Positions 8,909-18,649 of a stretch of 64,000 bases of DNA are shown in pieces (within the stretch, counting starts at the first letter, position 1; the number at the start of each line of letters is the position of its first letter). The notes under the pieces are model-generated. The model was not told the DNA's origin, searched no databases, and saw nothing but the letters and a program-made list of their open reading frames with translations. Made by a program: the position numbers and the translations under genes. Source of the DNA: Sedimentisphaerales bacterium (lineage in GTDB: Bacteria > Planctomycetota > Phycisphaerae > Sedimentisphaerales > Anaerobacaceae); contig OY970194.1 in the NCBI GenBank assembly GCA_963708075.1, positions 768,001-832,000 of the forward strand. Reading direction: 5' to 3'.

Positions 8909-10785
8909 GCATCGTGGATAGCACCCGAAATGGCGTTTGCGCTTCCCTGGATCGCTACCGGAGTATAGTCCTATCGGCCGAAGAGGCGGTTGGACGCATT
9001 CGGCCCGGTCATCGCGTGTTCATCGGCACGGGCTGTGGACAGCCACAGGCACTGGTCGCCGCATTGCTGCGTCGTGCGGATGAACTCGACGATGTGGAGG
9101 TCATTCACCTGGTGACATTGGGCGAGCCGGCCTTCCATCACAAGGAACTGGCCGAGCGCTTCCGCCTCAAACCCTTCTTTATCGCCGATGGCGTGGACAC
9201 CGGCACGCGGAGCCGTCTCGGTGACTACACGCCGATCCTCTTCTCGGACATCGCTGAACTGTTTCGTTCCGGTCGCCTGCCCATCGACGTTGCTCTGATC
9301 CAGGTGACGGAGCCAAACGAGCATGGCCTCTGCTCGCTTGGCATCTCCGTGGATGTGACGAAAATCGCGGCTGAGAATGCCGGCATGGTCATCGCACAAG
9401 TGAATCCGCAGATGCCGTGGACCACGGGCGACGGTCTGATCCGCGTCCACGATCTGGACATGCTTGTGCCATGTGACGAGCCTCTCCTGGAGACCCGCTT
9501 GCCTGATCCGGGCGAGACGGCTCGCCGCATTGCCGAGTACGTCGCCGCGCTGATCCCCGACAGCTCAACCATCCAGTTCGGAGTCCACCGGATCTTCCAG
9601 GCGTTGCAGGGGTTTCTCAAGAGCAAGCATGATCTGGGCATTCATGCCGAGGTCGTGAGCGACGGGATCATCGAGTTGCTCGAAGCCGGAGCGATCACGG
9701 GCGCTCGCAAGAGTGCCGATCGCGGTAAGATCGTTTGCAGTCTGTGCCTGGGCACGAAACGGCTCTACAGCTACATCGCCAACAATCCCGCTTTTTGCTT
9801 TCGCTCCGCCGAGTACGTGAGCGATCCCGCCGTGATCAGCCGGCAGAGGAATATGGTAGCGGTGGATCTGGCCTCGGAGATCGACTTGATGGGACAGGTA
9901 TGTGCCCACTCGCCGGAGACGGGATTTTCCGGGATGGCCAGCCATGCGGACTTTGTCCACGGGACCGCCAAATCGCGGGGCGGCAGAATGATCGTCGCTC
10001 TGGAATCCACCTGGGGCGATGGCAAGGTATCGCGGATCGTGCCTCGCCTCAGTGACGGGGCTGCGGTCGCGGCAACGTGTTTTGAAGTGCACTACGTTGT
10101 CACCGAGCATGGCGTCGCCTATCTGCACGGCAAGAGCCTGCAGGAGCGTGCGATAGCCCTGATCAGCATTGCGCATCCGGACTTCCGGGCCGGGCTGCTT
10201 CGCGAGGCGATCGATCGCGGCTATATCAGTTCCGATCTGGCCACCATCGAGGGCAAGATCCACGTTGGACCGCCGGTGCTGAGGAGTGCCACTGTGCTTG
10301 ACGATGGGACTCAGATCAGCTTTCGCCCGATGCATCCGACGGATGAAGCGCGCATCCGGGATCTCTTCCATTCGCTTTCGAAGCAGACCATGTACTATCG
10401 CTTCATGTCAGGTGCGGCCCGGCTGCCGCAGCGGCAGGTGCGTGACTTCGTGTACGTCGATTATCGCGACGAAATGGCCATCGTCGGCACGGTGCCCGAG
10501 GCGAGCGGAGAGGAGATCATCGCTGTCGGCCGGTACTATCTTGATCCCGGCACGAATCGCGCCGAGGTCGCCTTCATCGTGCGGGACCAATGGCAGAACC
10601 AGGGCATTGGGACCTTTCTGCTGAGTTATCTTTCCACGATTGCTCGGAGCCACGGGATTGCCGGATTCACGGCGGAGGTGCTGGTGGATAACCGGGCGAT
10701 GCTGGCCGTGCTGCGCAAGAGCGGCTTTCGACTCCGCAGCCAACTGGATGGCCGGGTCCACAGCGTTGAGTTGGATTTCGAATAG
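8905..10785 (+). CDS. Acetyl-CoA hydrolase/CoA-transferase fused to a C-terminal GNAT acetyltransferase
   Basis: GIHAE, VVTEHGVAYLHGK...IAHPDFR, then a Pat-like GNAT (AEVAFIVRDQWQNQGIG). ATGA-coupled to the upstream gene. Confidence 0.88.
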   Translation: MSIVDSTRNGVCASLDRYRSIVLSAEEAVGRIRPGHRVFIGTGCGQPQALVAALLRRADELDDVEVIHLVTLGEPAFHHKELAERFRLKPFFIADGVDTGTRSRLGDYTPILFSDIAELFRSGRLPIDVALIQVTEPNEHGLCSLGISVDVTKIAAENAGMVIAQVNPQMPWTTGDGLIRVHDLDMLVPCDEPLLETRLPDPGETARRIAEYVAALIPDSSTIQFGVHRIFQALQGFLKSKHDLGIHAEVVSDGIIELLEAGAITGARKSADRGKIVCSLCLGTKRLYSYIANNPAFCFRSAEYVSDPAVISRQRNMVAVDLASEIDLMGQVCAHSPETGFSGMASHADFVHGTAKSRGGRMIVALESTWGDGKVSRIVPRLSDGAAVAATCFEVHYVVTEHGVAYLHGKSLQERAIALISIAHPDFRAGLLREAIDRGYISSDLATIEGKIHVGPPVLRSATVLDDGTQISFRPMHPTDEARIRDLFHSLSKQTMYYRFMSGAARLPQRQVRDFVYVDYRDEMAIVGTVPEASGEEIIAVGRYYLDPGTNRAEVAFIVRDQWQNQGIGTFLLSYLSTIARSHGIAGFTAEVLVDNRAMLAVLRKSGFRLRSQLDGRVHSVELDFE

Positions 10786-10818
10786 TGTCCGCGTCTTCTA
10801 TTCCTTCGAGGTAAACGC

Positions 10819-11235
10819 ATGGAGAAACAAAAGATTCTGATCGTGGACGATGACATCGATTTGAGCGGCTCACTGAAGGTGATTCTTGAACATGCGGGCT
10901 ACGACGCGGCGACGGCGGCCAGCAGGGCGGAAGGAATGGAGAAGATCAGGATGGAGCAGCCGAACTTGATCATTCTCGATGTGATGATGGAGACCTGGCA
11001 GGACGGTTTTGAGATGTCGAGAGACCTCAAGGGAGACCCTCAATTCAAAGGAACGCCCATCCTGATGCTGACGTCTATCGAAGAGATCACGGGCATCGAG
11101 GTGAAGTCGTCGGCGGGGGACCCGGTGTGGCTGCCGGTCGACGGATTTCTGGACAAGCCGGCGCTACCTGACACTTTGCTGGCGGAAGTGAGAAAGCTGC
11201 TGCAGAACTCGAAAGCAGGAGTGACTCCTCGCTGA
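10819..11235 (+). CDS. Single-domain response regulator
   Basis: ILIVDDD, ILDVMM, FLDKP. Confidence 0.9.
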   Translation: MEKQKILIVDDDIDLSGSLKVILEHAGYDAATAASRAEGMEKIRMEQPNLIILDVMMETWQDGFEMSRDLKGDPQFKGTPILMLTSIEEITGIEVKSSAGDPVWLPVDGFLDKPALPDTLLAEVRKLLQNSKAGVTPR

Positions 11236-11395
11236 CAGTGACCCGCGACCTCATTCCATCCATACTCCCGCAACGGGCCGGGGATTGAATTGTTCCCATC
11301 CGGCGGTCCCTGTGCTATCATGTGCCGCTGTGTCAAGGAGTGCTCCCAAGTCCTGCAAGTGGGAGATACTGGGTCGGCAGATGAGGAGTCGAACA

Positions 11396-13411
11396 ATGAA
11401 TCGCCGGAGTGCCGCTTGTTTCATGAAGACATGTGCCATTGATATCCTGCTGCTGCTCATAGTGGGTGTGAGCGGGGTCCGCGCCGACATCAGGCTGCCT
11501 GCCGTCGTTGGTGACAACATGGTTCTGCAGCGAGGGGAGAAGGTTTCCATCTGGGGCTGGGCCGATCCCGGCGAGGAAATCAGTGTACGCGTGAGTTGGC
11601 ACTCTTCGCACCGGCGCGTCCGTGCTGACCGCGGTGGCAAGTGGCTACTCAAGGTCGATGCGCCGAAGGCAGGCGGTCCTTACGGGATGACGCTCGTCGG
11701 CAAGAACACGATCACCCTGCGGAATATCCTGTGCGGCGAGGTCTGGGTCTGCTCGGGCCAGTCCAATATGGAAATGGCTGTGCAGGCTGTGGCGAATGGC
11801 GAGCAGGAGGTGGCGGCCGCGAATTTTCCGAATATCCGGCTGTTCACCGTGCAGAAGAAGATCGCGGAGACCCCGCAGGCGGATTGCGTGGGGCAGTGGA
11901 GTCTGTGCAGTCCGCAGGCCGTCGCCGGGTTCTCCGCCGTAGGATACTTCTTCGGCAGGCATCTGCACAAGGAGTTGAACGTCCCCGTGGGATTGATCAA
12001 CACCAGTTGGGGCGGGACGGTGGCGGAGGCCTGGACCAGCGACAGGACGCTGGAGAAGATGCCTGAGTTCAAAACCCTGATGGCCCGGATCGCCCAGGCC
12101 AAAGCCAATCCGGATGCCTCGATGAAGAAATACCAGGAGGAAATGGAGCAGTGGCAGCAGAAGATTGAATCCACGGGGGCTCAGAGCAGGGGTTGTGTTG
12201 CGCCTGACTTTGACGATTCGAGTTGGCAGGAGATGGAACTGCCCGTTCTGTGGGAGCAAGCCGGGCTGACGAATTTCGATGGCCTGGTCTGGTTTAGAAA
12301 GACCATCGACGTCCCGGATTCGTGGGCGGGCAAGGAAGCCATGCTCGAATTGGGGCCGATTGATGACATGGATACGACGTGGGTCAACGGAGTCAAGGTC
12401 GGCGCTCACATGGAGGCCGGCCAATGGCAGGTCGCGCGCCGGTACAAAGTTGCAGCAGACGTCATCAAAGCCGGCAGGAACGTAATTGCCGTCCAAGTGC
12501 TCGATACCGGTGGTGGCGGCGGGATCTACGGCCAAGCGGAACAGATGCGGCTCAAGGCGGTCGGTGCTGCCGAGGGGACGCCTGTTCCACTGGCGGGCAC
12601 GTGGCGATACAAGGTCAGCAGTGACCTGGCGTCGATGCCGCCACAACCCAAACAGCCGACGTGGGTCAACAATCCAAACGCTCCGACAGTGCTCTACAAC
12701 GGGATGATTGCACCGCTGATTCCGTTCGGCATCCGGGGGGCAATCTGGTACCAGGGCGAATCCAATGCAGACCGGGCCTATCAATACCGCGAGTTGTTTC
12801 CAGCGATGATCGAGGATTGGCGTCGAAACTGGGGCAGCGGGAAGTTCTCCTTCCTGTTCGTGCAACTGGCGAATTTCATGGCCACCAGGCCCGAGCCCGC
12901 AGAGAGTACGTGGGCCGAGTTGCGTGAAGCTCAATGCATGACATTGTCACTGCCGCAGACGGGCATGGCGACCATCATCGACATCGGCGAGGCCAACGAC
13001 ATTCATCCGAAGAATAAGCAGGATGTCGGCAAGCGTCTGGCCCTGTGGGCGCTGGCCAGGACCTATGGCCGAGAAGACCTGGTTTGCTCCGGCCCCAGGT
13101 ACAAATCCATGAAGATCAAAGACGACAAGGTCATTTTGCGCTTCGACCATGTGGATGGAGGCCTCGTCGCCAGAGGCAGCGGGCCTCTCACGGGCTTTGC
13201 CATCGCCGGAGCCGATCGCAAGTTTGTCTGGGCGGATGCCAGGATTGAGGGCAAGACCCTGGTTGTCCATAGCGACAAAGTACCGAAGCCGGTGGCGGTG
13301 CGCTATGCGTGGGCGGACAACCCTGTCTGCGACTTGTCCAATGCGGCGGGCCTGCCCGCCTCACCTTTCCGCACGGACGACTGGCCCGGCGTGACAGCCG
13401 GCAAGAAGTAG
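11396..13411 (+). CDS. Sialate O-acetylesterase family protein (secreted, with inserted galactose-binding-like domain)
   Basis: GEVWVCSGQSNM, WYQGESN, DIHPKNK, VRYAW. GAGGAG RBS and signal peptide. Confidence 0.9.
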   Translation: MNRRSAACFMKTCAIDILLLLIVGVSGVRADIRLPAVVGDNMVLQRGEKVSIWGWADPGEEISVRVSWHSSHRRVRADRGGKWLLKVDAPKAGGPYGMTLVGKNTITLRNILCGEVWVCSGQSNMEMAVQAVANGEQEVAAANFPNIRLFTVQKKIAETPQADCVGQWSLCSPQAVAGFSAVGYFFGRHLHKELNVPVGLINTSWGGTVAEAWTSDRTLEKMPEFKTLMARIAQAKANPDASMKKYQEEMEQWQQKIESTGAQSRGCVAPDFDDSSWQEMELPVLWEQAGLTNFDGLVWFRKTIDVPDSWAGKEAMLELGPIDDMDTTWVNGVKVGAHMEAGQWQVARRYKVAADVIKAGRNVIAVQVLDTGGGGGIYGQAEQMRLKAVGAAEGTPVPLAGTWRYKVSSDLASMPPQPKQPTWVNNPNAPTVLYNGMIAPLIPFGIRGAIWYQGESNADRAYQYRELFPAMIEDWRRNWGSGKFSFLFVQLANFMATRPEPAESTWAELREAQCMTLSLPQTGMATIIDIGEANDIHPKNKQDVGKRLALWALARTYGREDLVCSGPRYKSMKIKDDKVILRFDHVDGGLVARGSGPLTGFAIAGADRKFVWADARIEGKTLVVHSDKVPKPVAVRYAWADNPVCDLSNAAGLPASPFRTDDWPGVTAGKK

Positions 13412-13445
13412 ATATCTCGGTGGCAGGGGGGCAGCCCCGTGTTCG

Positions 13446-14693
13446 CTAAGGTTTCCGGCCGAAGCAGAAAAGGTGCTTGAAGCCTCGCAGGAAGACCTGG
13501 CCGTCGCTGATCGCAGGCGAGGCGTAGCAGGACTCGCCCAACTCATATTGCGCGACGCGCTCGAATGCGGAGCCGGGTTTGATCACATTCACCTGGCCAT
13601 CGTCGTTGATGAAGAACACCAAACCATCGATCAGGACTGGAGAAGCGTGATGCCGCCCCAGCTTCTGCTGCCAGAGCACCTTGCCTGTGGCGGCTTCGTA
13701 GCAGAACGCTGTGCCGCCGTTGTTGACGCTGAGCAGGTAATCGCCTGCGACCATCAGGGATGGAACATAAGGTGCACCCTTGTTGTCGCTCCAGACGACA
13801 TGTGTGCCGGTAACGTCGCCGCTGCCATCGGGCCGGATGGCGAGCAGGACTTGCTTGGGCCAACTGCTGCTGATGAACACCAACCCGGCCTTTTCACTGT
13901 ACGTTGGCGTGGCGACGAATTCCTGCGAGGGGCCATCCACTGTCCAGAGCTGCTTGCCGGTCTCAGGGTCAAAACTGGTCACGCAGCGGTCGCCGCACTG
14001 AATCATTTGCATGCGGCCGGCCAACTCACGAATCAGCGGGGCGCTGTAGCTGATCCCCTGGTGGGTGCGGCTGATGCGCCAACGCGTCTTCCCGTCCTCG
14101 CGGTTCAGGGCAATCAGAAACGAATCGCCTTTGCTGTCGCCGTCCACGATGACCATATCCTTGAATAGCACTGGCTCGTTGCTGAATCCCCACTCGCCGG
14201 CGTGTGTGCCCGGCCGGACCAGCCAGAGCTGTTTGCCGCTGGCCAGGTCGTGTGCGGCTACAACGATCTCGTCGCCGACGCGAAAGGTGACGTAGACCCG
14301 CTCACCGTCCGTGGCCGGCGTGCCGGAGGCATGGCTGTTTTCCTTATGGATCTTCTCCAGAGGCCCCTGCACGACGGTCTGTTGCCAGAGAATCTTCCCG
14401 CTGGCACGATCGAGGCAAAGGAGCACGCGCTCCTGCGTGGCCGGCAGGGCGGTGACGGTACACACGCGGTCGCCCCAGACAATCGCGGAGGAATGTCCCT
14501 GGCCCGGGAGCTCCGTTTTCCACATCGCGTTGCTCCCGTCCCAATTTGTAGGGACATCTTGCTCGATACAGGTCCCGTCACCTCGCGGGCCCCGCCAGCA
14601 GGGCCACGATTCGGCTTTGACAACAATCGGGAAATTAGGGAGGAGGCAGGCGAGCAGAATGGCTAAGGTAAAGGATCGTTTTCTGGAGTTCAT
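13446..14693 (-). CDS. PQQ-like beta-propeller protein (Planctomycete-type)
   Basis: Signal peptide, WPCWRGPRGDG, repeated GKxLW motifs, YASPAIS...LFCF C-terminus. Confidence 0.85.
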   Translation of the reverse strand: MNSRKRSFTLAILLACLLPNFPIVVKAESWPCWRGPRGDGTCIEQDVPTNWDGSNAMWKTELPGQGHSSAIVWGDRVCTVTALPATQERVLLCLDRASGKILWQQTVVQGPLEKIHKENSHASGTPATDGERVYVTFRVGDEIVVAAHDLASGKQLWLVRPGTHAGEWGFSNEPVLFKDMVIVDGDSKGDSFLIALNREDGKTRWRISRTHQGISYSAPLIRELAGRMQMIQCGDRCVTSFDPETGKQLWTVDGPSQEFVATPTYSEKAGLVFISSSWPKQVLLAIRPDGSGDVTGTHVVWSDNKGAPYVPSLMVAGDYLLSVNNGGTAFCYEAATGKVLWQQKLGRHHASPVLIDGLVFFINDDGQVNVIKPGSAFERVAQYELGESCYASPAISDGQVFLRGFKHLFCFGRKP

Positions 14694-14862
14694 AGCTTTC
14701 CCTGAGATGATCGAGGTAAGGAAGGAGTGTTCAAGACGTCTCATCCGGATTACAATGTCAGCCAGTTTTGACACGACGCAAGTTGATTGTGAATTCGACT
14801 CATTGTCAGAAGTATATCGTGCTGGACGGGCGTGTCAAGCATAGGATTGGGAGGAAAGCACC

Positions 14863-16146
14863 ATGAGGGGCATGGGACAAGTGAATCAACAAGGGTTCGA
14901 CAGGCGTCGGTTTCTGGCCGGTGCTGGTGCAGCGACGTTCACGGCGGGACTGTCCCTGGCGGCTGGTGAGGAGGGTGCAGGCAAGGCACGGTCTCCCAGC
15001 CCCGAGGAGTTGGACCATGTTGCCGCGGCTCCGATACTGAAGCAGGACGGGCTGTCGTCGCCGGTCGTGATCGATTCGATCCGGCTGCTCAAAAAGGGCA
15101 GGGACTTCCTGGTCCACGTGCGTTCCAAAGATGGGGCGGAGGGCGTATCGCTTACCGATCCTCCGCGGGCCGAGTACCTGGCGCAGATTCTCAGACAACT
15201 CGTGATCCCGTTCTTCATCGGCAAGGACGCGCGGGACTTGGAGAATCTGCTGTGGGAGCTTTATCGATGGCAGAGCAACTATAAAATGTACGGGCTGGCG
15301 TTCTGGTCCCCGCAGGCGTGGGTGGAGTTTGCGATCCTGGACATGCTGGGCCGAATTGCCGGCAAGCCGATGGGCGCGATGCTGGGCGACATCGTGCGCA
15401 CGGAGGTGCCGTTTTATGTCGCCAGCGGCCGGCGGGACACGACGCCCGAGCAGGAAGTGGAGTACCTGCAGAAACTCGTGGAGCAATCGGGGGCCAGGGC
15501 AGTGAAGTTCCGCGTCGGCGGGCGGATGAGCCGCAACGCCGATGCCATGCCGGGGCGAACGGAGAAGCTCATCCCGCTGGTGCGAAAGACGTTTGGAGAC
15601 GCGATCGATATCCACGCGGATTCGAACAGCTCCTACGATCCACCGCAGGCGATCAAGGTGGGGCGGATGCTGGAGGAGGTCAAGGCGGTCTATTTCGAGG
15701 AGCCGTGCCCATTCGATCATTTGGAGGACACCAGGAAGGTTACCGACGCGCTGACGATTCCGGTAGCGGGCGGAGAGCAGGAATACAGCGACTGGCGGTT
15801 CCGATGGATGATCGCCAATCGGGGCGTGGACATTGTGCAGCCGGACCTGCATTACTACGGCGGGATGATACGGTCGATCCGGGTGGCGCGCATGGCGGAG
15901 GCGGCGAAGATGCCGACGACAGTGCACATTTCCGGCGGATTCGGTTTCGTATACATGCTCCACTTCGCTTCTTGCGTGAAAGACATCGGACGCTACCAGG
16001 AGTACAAACTCGGGACGCAATCGTACGGAAGCTGGTTCGATCCTCCGATCACCATAAAGGACGGGAAGATGAGCGTGCCTACTGGTCCGGGCTCGGGCAT
16101 CAAAGACCTCAAGGGCCTATTGCAGGGCGCAGTTGAGGTAGCCTAG
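14863..16146 (+). CDS. Tat-exported mandelate racemase/enolase superfamily enzyme
   Basis: DRRRFL Tat motif, KFR, DSN, EEP, GGE, IVQPD. Confidence 0.85.
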   Translation: MRGMGQVNQQGFDRRRFLAGAGAATFTAGLSLAAGEEGAGKARSPSPEELDHVAAAPILKQDGLSSPVVIDSIRLLKKGRDFLVHVRSKDGAEGVSLTDPPRAEYLAQILRQLVIPFFIGKDARDLENLLWELYRWQSNYKMYGLAFWSPQAWVEFAILDMLGRIAGKPMGAMLGDIVRTEVPFYVASGRRDTTPEQEVEYLQKLVEQSGARAVKFRVGGRMSRNADAMPGRTEKLIPLVRKTFGDAIDIHADSNSSYDPPQAIKVGRMLEEVKAVYFEEPCPFDHLEDTRKVTDALTIPVAGGEQEYSDWRFRWMIANRGVDIVQPDLHYYGGMIRSIRVARMAEAAKMPTTVHISGGFGFVYMLHFASCVKDIGRYQEYKLGTQSYGSWFDPPITIKDGKMSVPTGPGSGIKDLKGLLQGAVEVA

Positions 16147-16186
16147 GGCGGGGAGGACAGCCGCCTGTTCCGGCTTCTTTCGGTCC

Positions 16187-16625
16187 TTACCCGGCCAGTT
16201 GCTCGAGGCGGGCCCGGGCCTCTCGTTTGCCCATGTGGCGAAGGGATGCGATCATCGCCACCTGCTGCTTACGGGGCCGGGCGGACTCATGCTCCCAGTT
16301 GTAGATCGTCTGATCCGTCACGCCGATGAGCTTGCCATAATCCTCGGCGGACAGTCCCAGACGCGCCCGCTGGGAACGCAAGCCCTTGGCGGTGAATCGT
16401 GCCGCGCTGCCCATCGGGCTCGGGAGCCTGCGATGGGATATTCTTCTGGACCTGCTTTTCGAGAGGACCGATCTTGCGCTGAAGCTCGGATATCCGGCGT
16501 TTCATCTCGGCAATGTCCTTGCGGTACTGGACTGATGCCCTCCGAAGAGCGTTTGTCTCTTTGCGGGCTTCCTTGCGAGCCAGCCGGGAGATCTCCTCTT
16601 TGAGTACGGTAGCGATGTTCGGCAT
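16187..16625 (-). CDS. Coiled-coil plus XRE-type HTH protein, 1-bp frameshift at 16410-16412
   Basis: AGGAG RBS and MPNIATVLKEEISRLARKE. Removing one G joins it to RARLGLSAEDYGKLIGVTDQTIYNWE. Confidence 0.8.
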
Positions 16626-16817
16626 GTGGTTCTCCTGATCCTCGTACGACAGACCCTGCTTCACAGGACGCCAACCTGGAGCGTCGAGACTCGTGACATC
16701 GACATAGAATAACAACACTATGAAACACGGTATGTCAACAATAAACTCCTGTCTCAAGCCATGGATTCCTGGGAGCGTTTTCTTGCGGCTGTTTTCATAT
16801 GGATTGGATGGTTTCTG

Positions 16818-16846
16818 TTGGCGCAGGATTTCCCCTCGCCTATAAT
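16818..16846 (+). promoter_or_regulatory. Sigma70-type promoter
   Basis: TTGGCG-17bp-TATAAT upstream of ORF 16896. Confidence 0.55.
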
Positions 16847-16895
16847 AGGAGATCATCACAACGATTAACGTGTTCATTGTGTCCAGGGAGGACAG

Positions 16896-17294
16896 ATGAC
16901 AGCAGGGGGCAAGGTCCTGATAGTTGACGACGATCCAGACATCACCGAGGCGATGCGAGTCGTCCTTGAGGGCAAGGGCCACGAGGTTTGCAGCGCGCGG
17001 GACAGCACGGAGGGCATGGAGCAGGTGAAGCGGGCCAGGCCGGATCTGATCATCCTCGATGTGATGATGAGAACCTCACAGGAGGGCTTTGAGTTCGCCA
17101 GAACGCTCAAGCAAAGTCCGTCCTACAAGGACATCCCCATCCTCATGTTGACGGCGGTGAAGCACAAGACAGGGCTGGATTTCAAGACCGAATCCGGAGA
17201 TCGATCCTGGCTGCCCGTGGAAGCGTTCCTCGATAAACCGGTCAAGCCGGATGTGCTGATAGAGAAGGTCGAAAGCCTGATTCGAAAGCCCTGA
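16896..17294 (+). CDS. Single-domain response regulator, paralogue of 10819..11235
   Basis: Receiver motifs. Shares GD..WLPV..FLDKP with the earlier copy. Confidence 0.9.
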   Translation: MTAGGKVLIVDDDPDITEAMRVVLEGKGHEVCSARDSTEGMEQVKRARPDLIILDVMMRTSQEGFEFARTLKQSPSYKDIPILMLTAVKHKTGLDFKTESGDRSWLPVEAFLDKPVKPDVLIEKVESLIRKP

Positions 17295-17299
17295 GTGCC

Positions 17300-18649
17300 A
17301 TGGAAAATCTTCTCAAGAGCACCAATCTCATCCGCAGGGCGTACTGGCTGGTTCAACTCCGATGGGTGGCCATCGGGGTCGTGGTCGGCAGCACATTCAT
17401 CGCCCGAAAGCTCATGGGTGTGTCTCTTCCCGCCTCAACGCTCTACATTATCTCGGCCCTGCTGCTGGTCTATAATTTCATTCTCTATGACCTGCTCAGA
17501 TACTGGACCCGGAACAATCGGGAGCCTTCGCCGACGAGGATCGGTGGCATTCTGACATTCCAGATCTCCGCAGATCTGCTGATCCTGGCGGCGGTGCTGC
17601 ACTTCTCCGGAGGCATTGAGAATCCATTCTCATTCTTCTTCGTATTCCACATGATCATCGCCAGCATCCTGCGTTCCCGGTGGCAGAGTTATTTACAGGC
17701 GACGCTGGCGGTGATTCTCTTTGGAGGCCTGGCGGCCCTGGAGGGTACAGGTGTCATCCGGCATTACGATCTGAGCGGTTTCGCCGGACGCGGCCTGTAC
17801 GCCAATGGAACGTTCGTCATGGGCTTCCTGTTCATCTTCGCTGCCACGCTGTACCTCGTGGTCTACATGACCACGTCGATCAGCGAGCAGCTCCGTACGC
17901 AGCAGGACGACCTGCAGGAGGCCAACAATCTGTTGGAGGAAAAGGATCAGGTCAAGAACGAGTACGTATTGCGCGTAACTCACGATATCAAGGGACATCT
18001 GGCGGCGATCGAGAGCTGCCTGGGGGTTGTCTACAATGGGATGCTGGGGCCTCTGAACGAGAAGCAGAAGGACATGGTGGAGCGGGCCTATCGGCGGACG
18101 ACGAAGTGTATGGACTTCATCATGGCCCTGCTGAAGTTGACGCGGATGAAATTGAGCGGGCAGTTGGAGATGGAGCGGTTCTCGTTGAGGAACTGCGTGC
18201 TCAACTCGCTGGCGTTAGTCCAGAACAAGGCCCAGGCCAAGTCCATAGCGGTGAATCATCGGATCGATCCGGCTGTCGATGAAGTGGTCGGCGAAGCCGT
18301 GCTCATTGAAGAAACCATTACCAACATGCTCTTCAACTCGGTGAAATACACGCCTGACGGCGGCCGAGTGGATATGGATGTCAGACAGGACGGCGGGTTC
18401 GTTCACGTGAGGATCGCCGACACGGGGATCGGGGTTCCGCCGGCCGACATGCCGCGGATCTTCGAGGAATTCTACAGGGCCGAGAACGCTCGGGCCATCG
18501 AGCGGGATGGGACCGGTCTGGGGCTGGCGTTTGCGAAGCAGGTGGTGGAGAGGCATGGGGGCCGGATGTGGGTGGAGAACAATCCTGGCGGGGGCAGTAT
18601 CTTCACGTTCACGTTGCCGAATCACTCGACCGGGCCGGGTGTCGGGTGA
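17300..18649 (+). CDS. Membrane sensor histidine kinase with RegB/PilS-like TM domain
   Basis: About 6 TM helices with SGGIENPF. H-box VTHDIKG, N-box NSVKYT, DTGIG, GTGLGL. Confidence 0.9.
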   Translation: MENLLKSTNLIRRAYWLVQLRWVAIGVVVGSTFIARKLMGVSLPASTLYIISALLLVYNFILYDLLRYWTRNNREPSPTRIGGILTFQISADLLILAAVLHFSGGIENPFSFFFVFHMIIASILRSRWQSYLQATLAVILFGGLAALEGTGVIRHYDLSGFAGRGLYANGTFVMGFLFIFAATLYLVVYMTTSISEQLRTQQDDLQEANNLLEEKDQVKNEYVLRVTHDIKGHLAAIESCLGVVYNGMLGPLNEKQKDMVERAYRRTTKCMDFIMALLKLTRMKLSGQLEMERFSLRNCVLNSLALVQNKAQAKSIAVNHRIDPAVDEVVGEAVLIEETITNMLFNSVKYTPDGGRVDMDVRQDGGFVHVRIADTGIGVPPADMPRIFEEFYRAENARAIERDGTGLGLAFAKQVVERHGGRMWVENNPGGGSIFTFTLPNHSTGPGVG

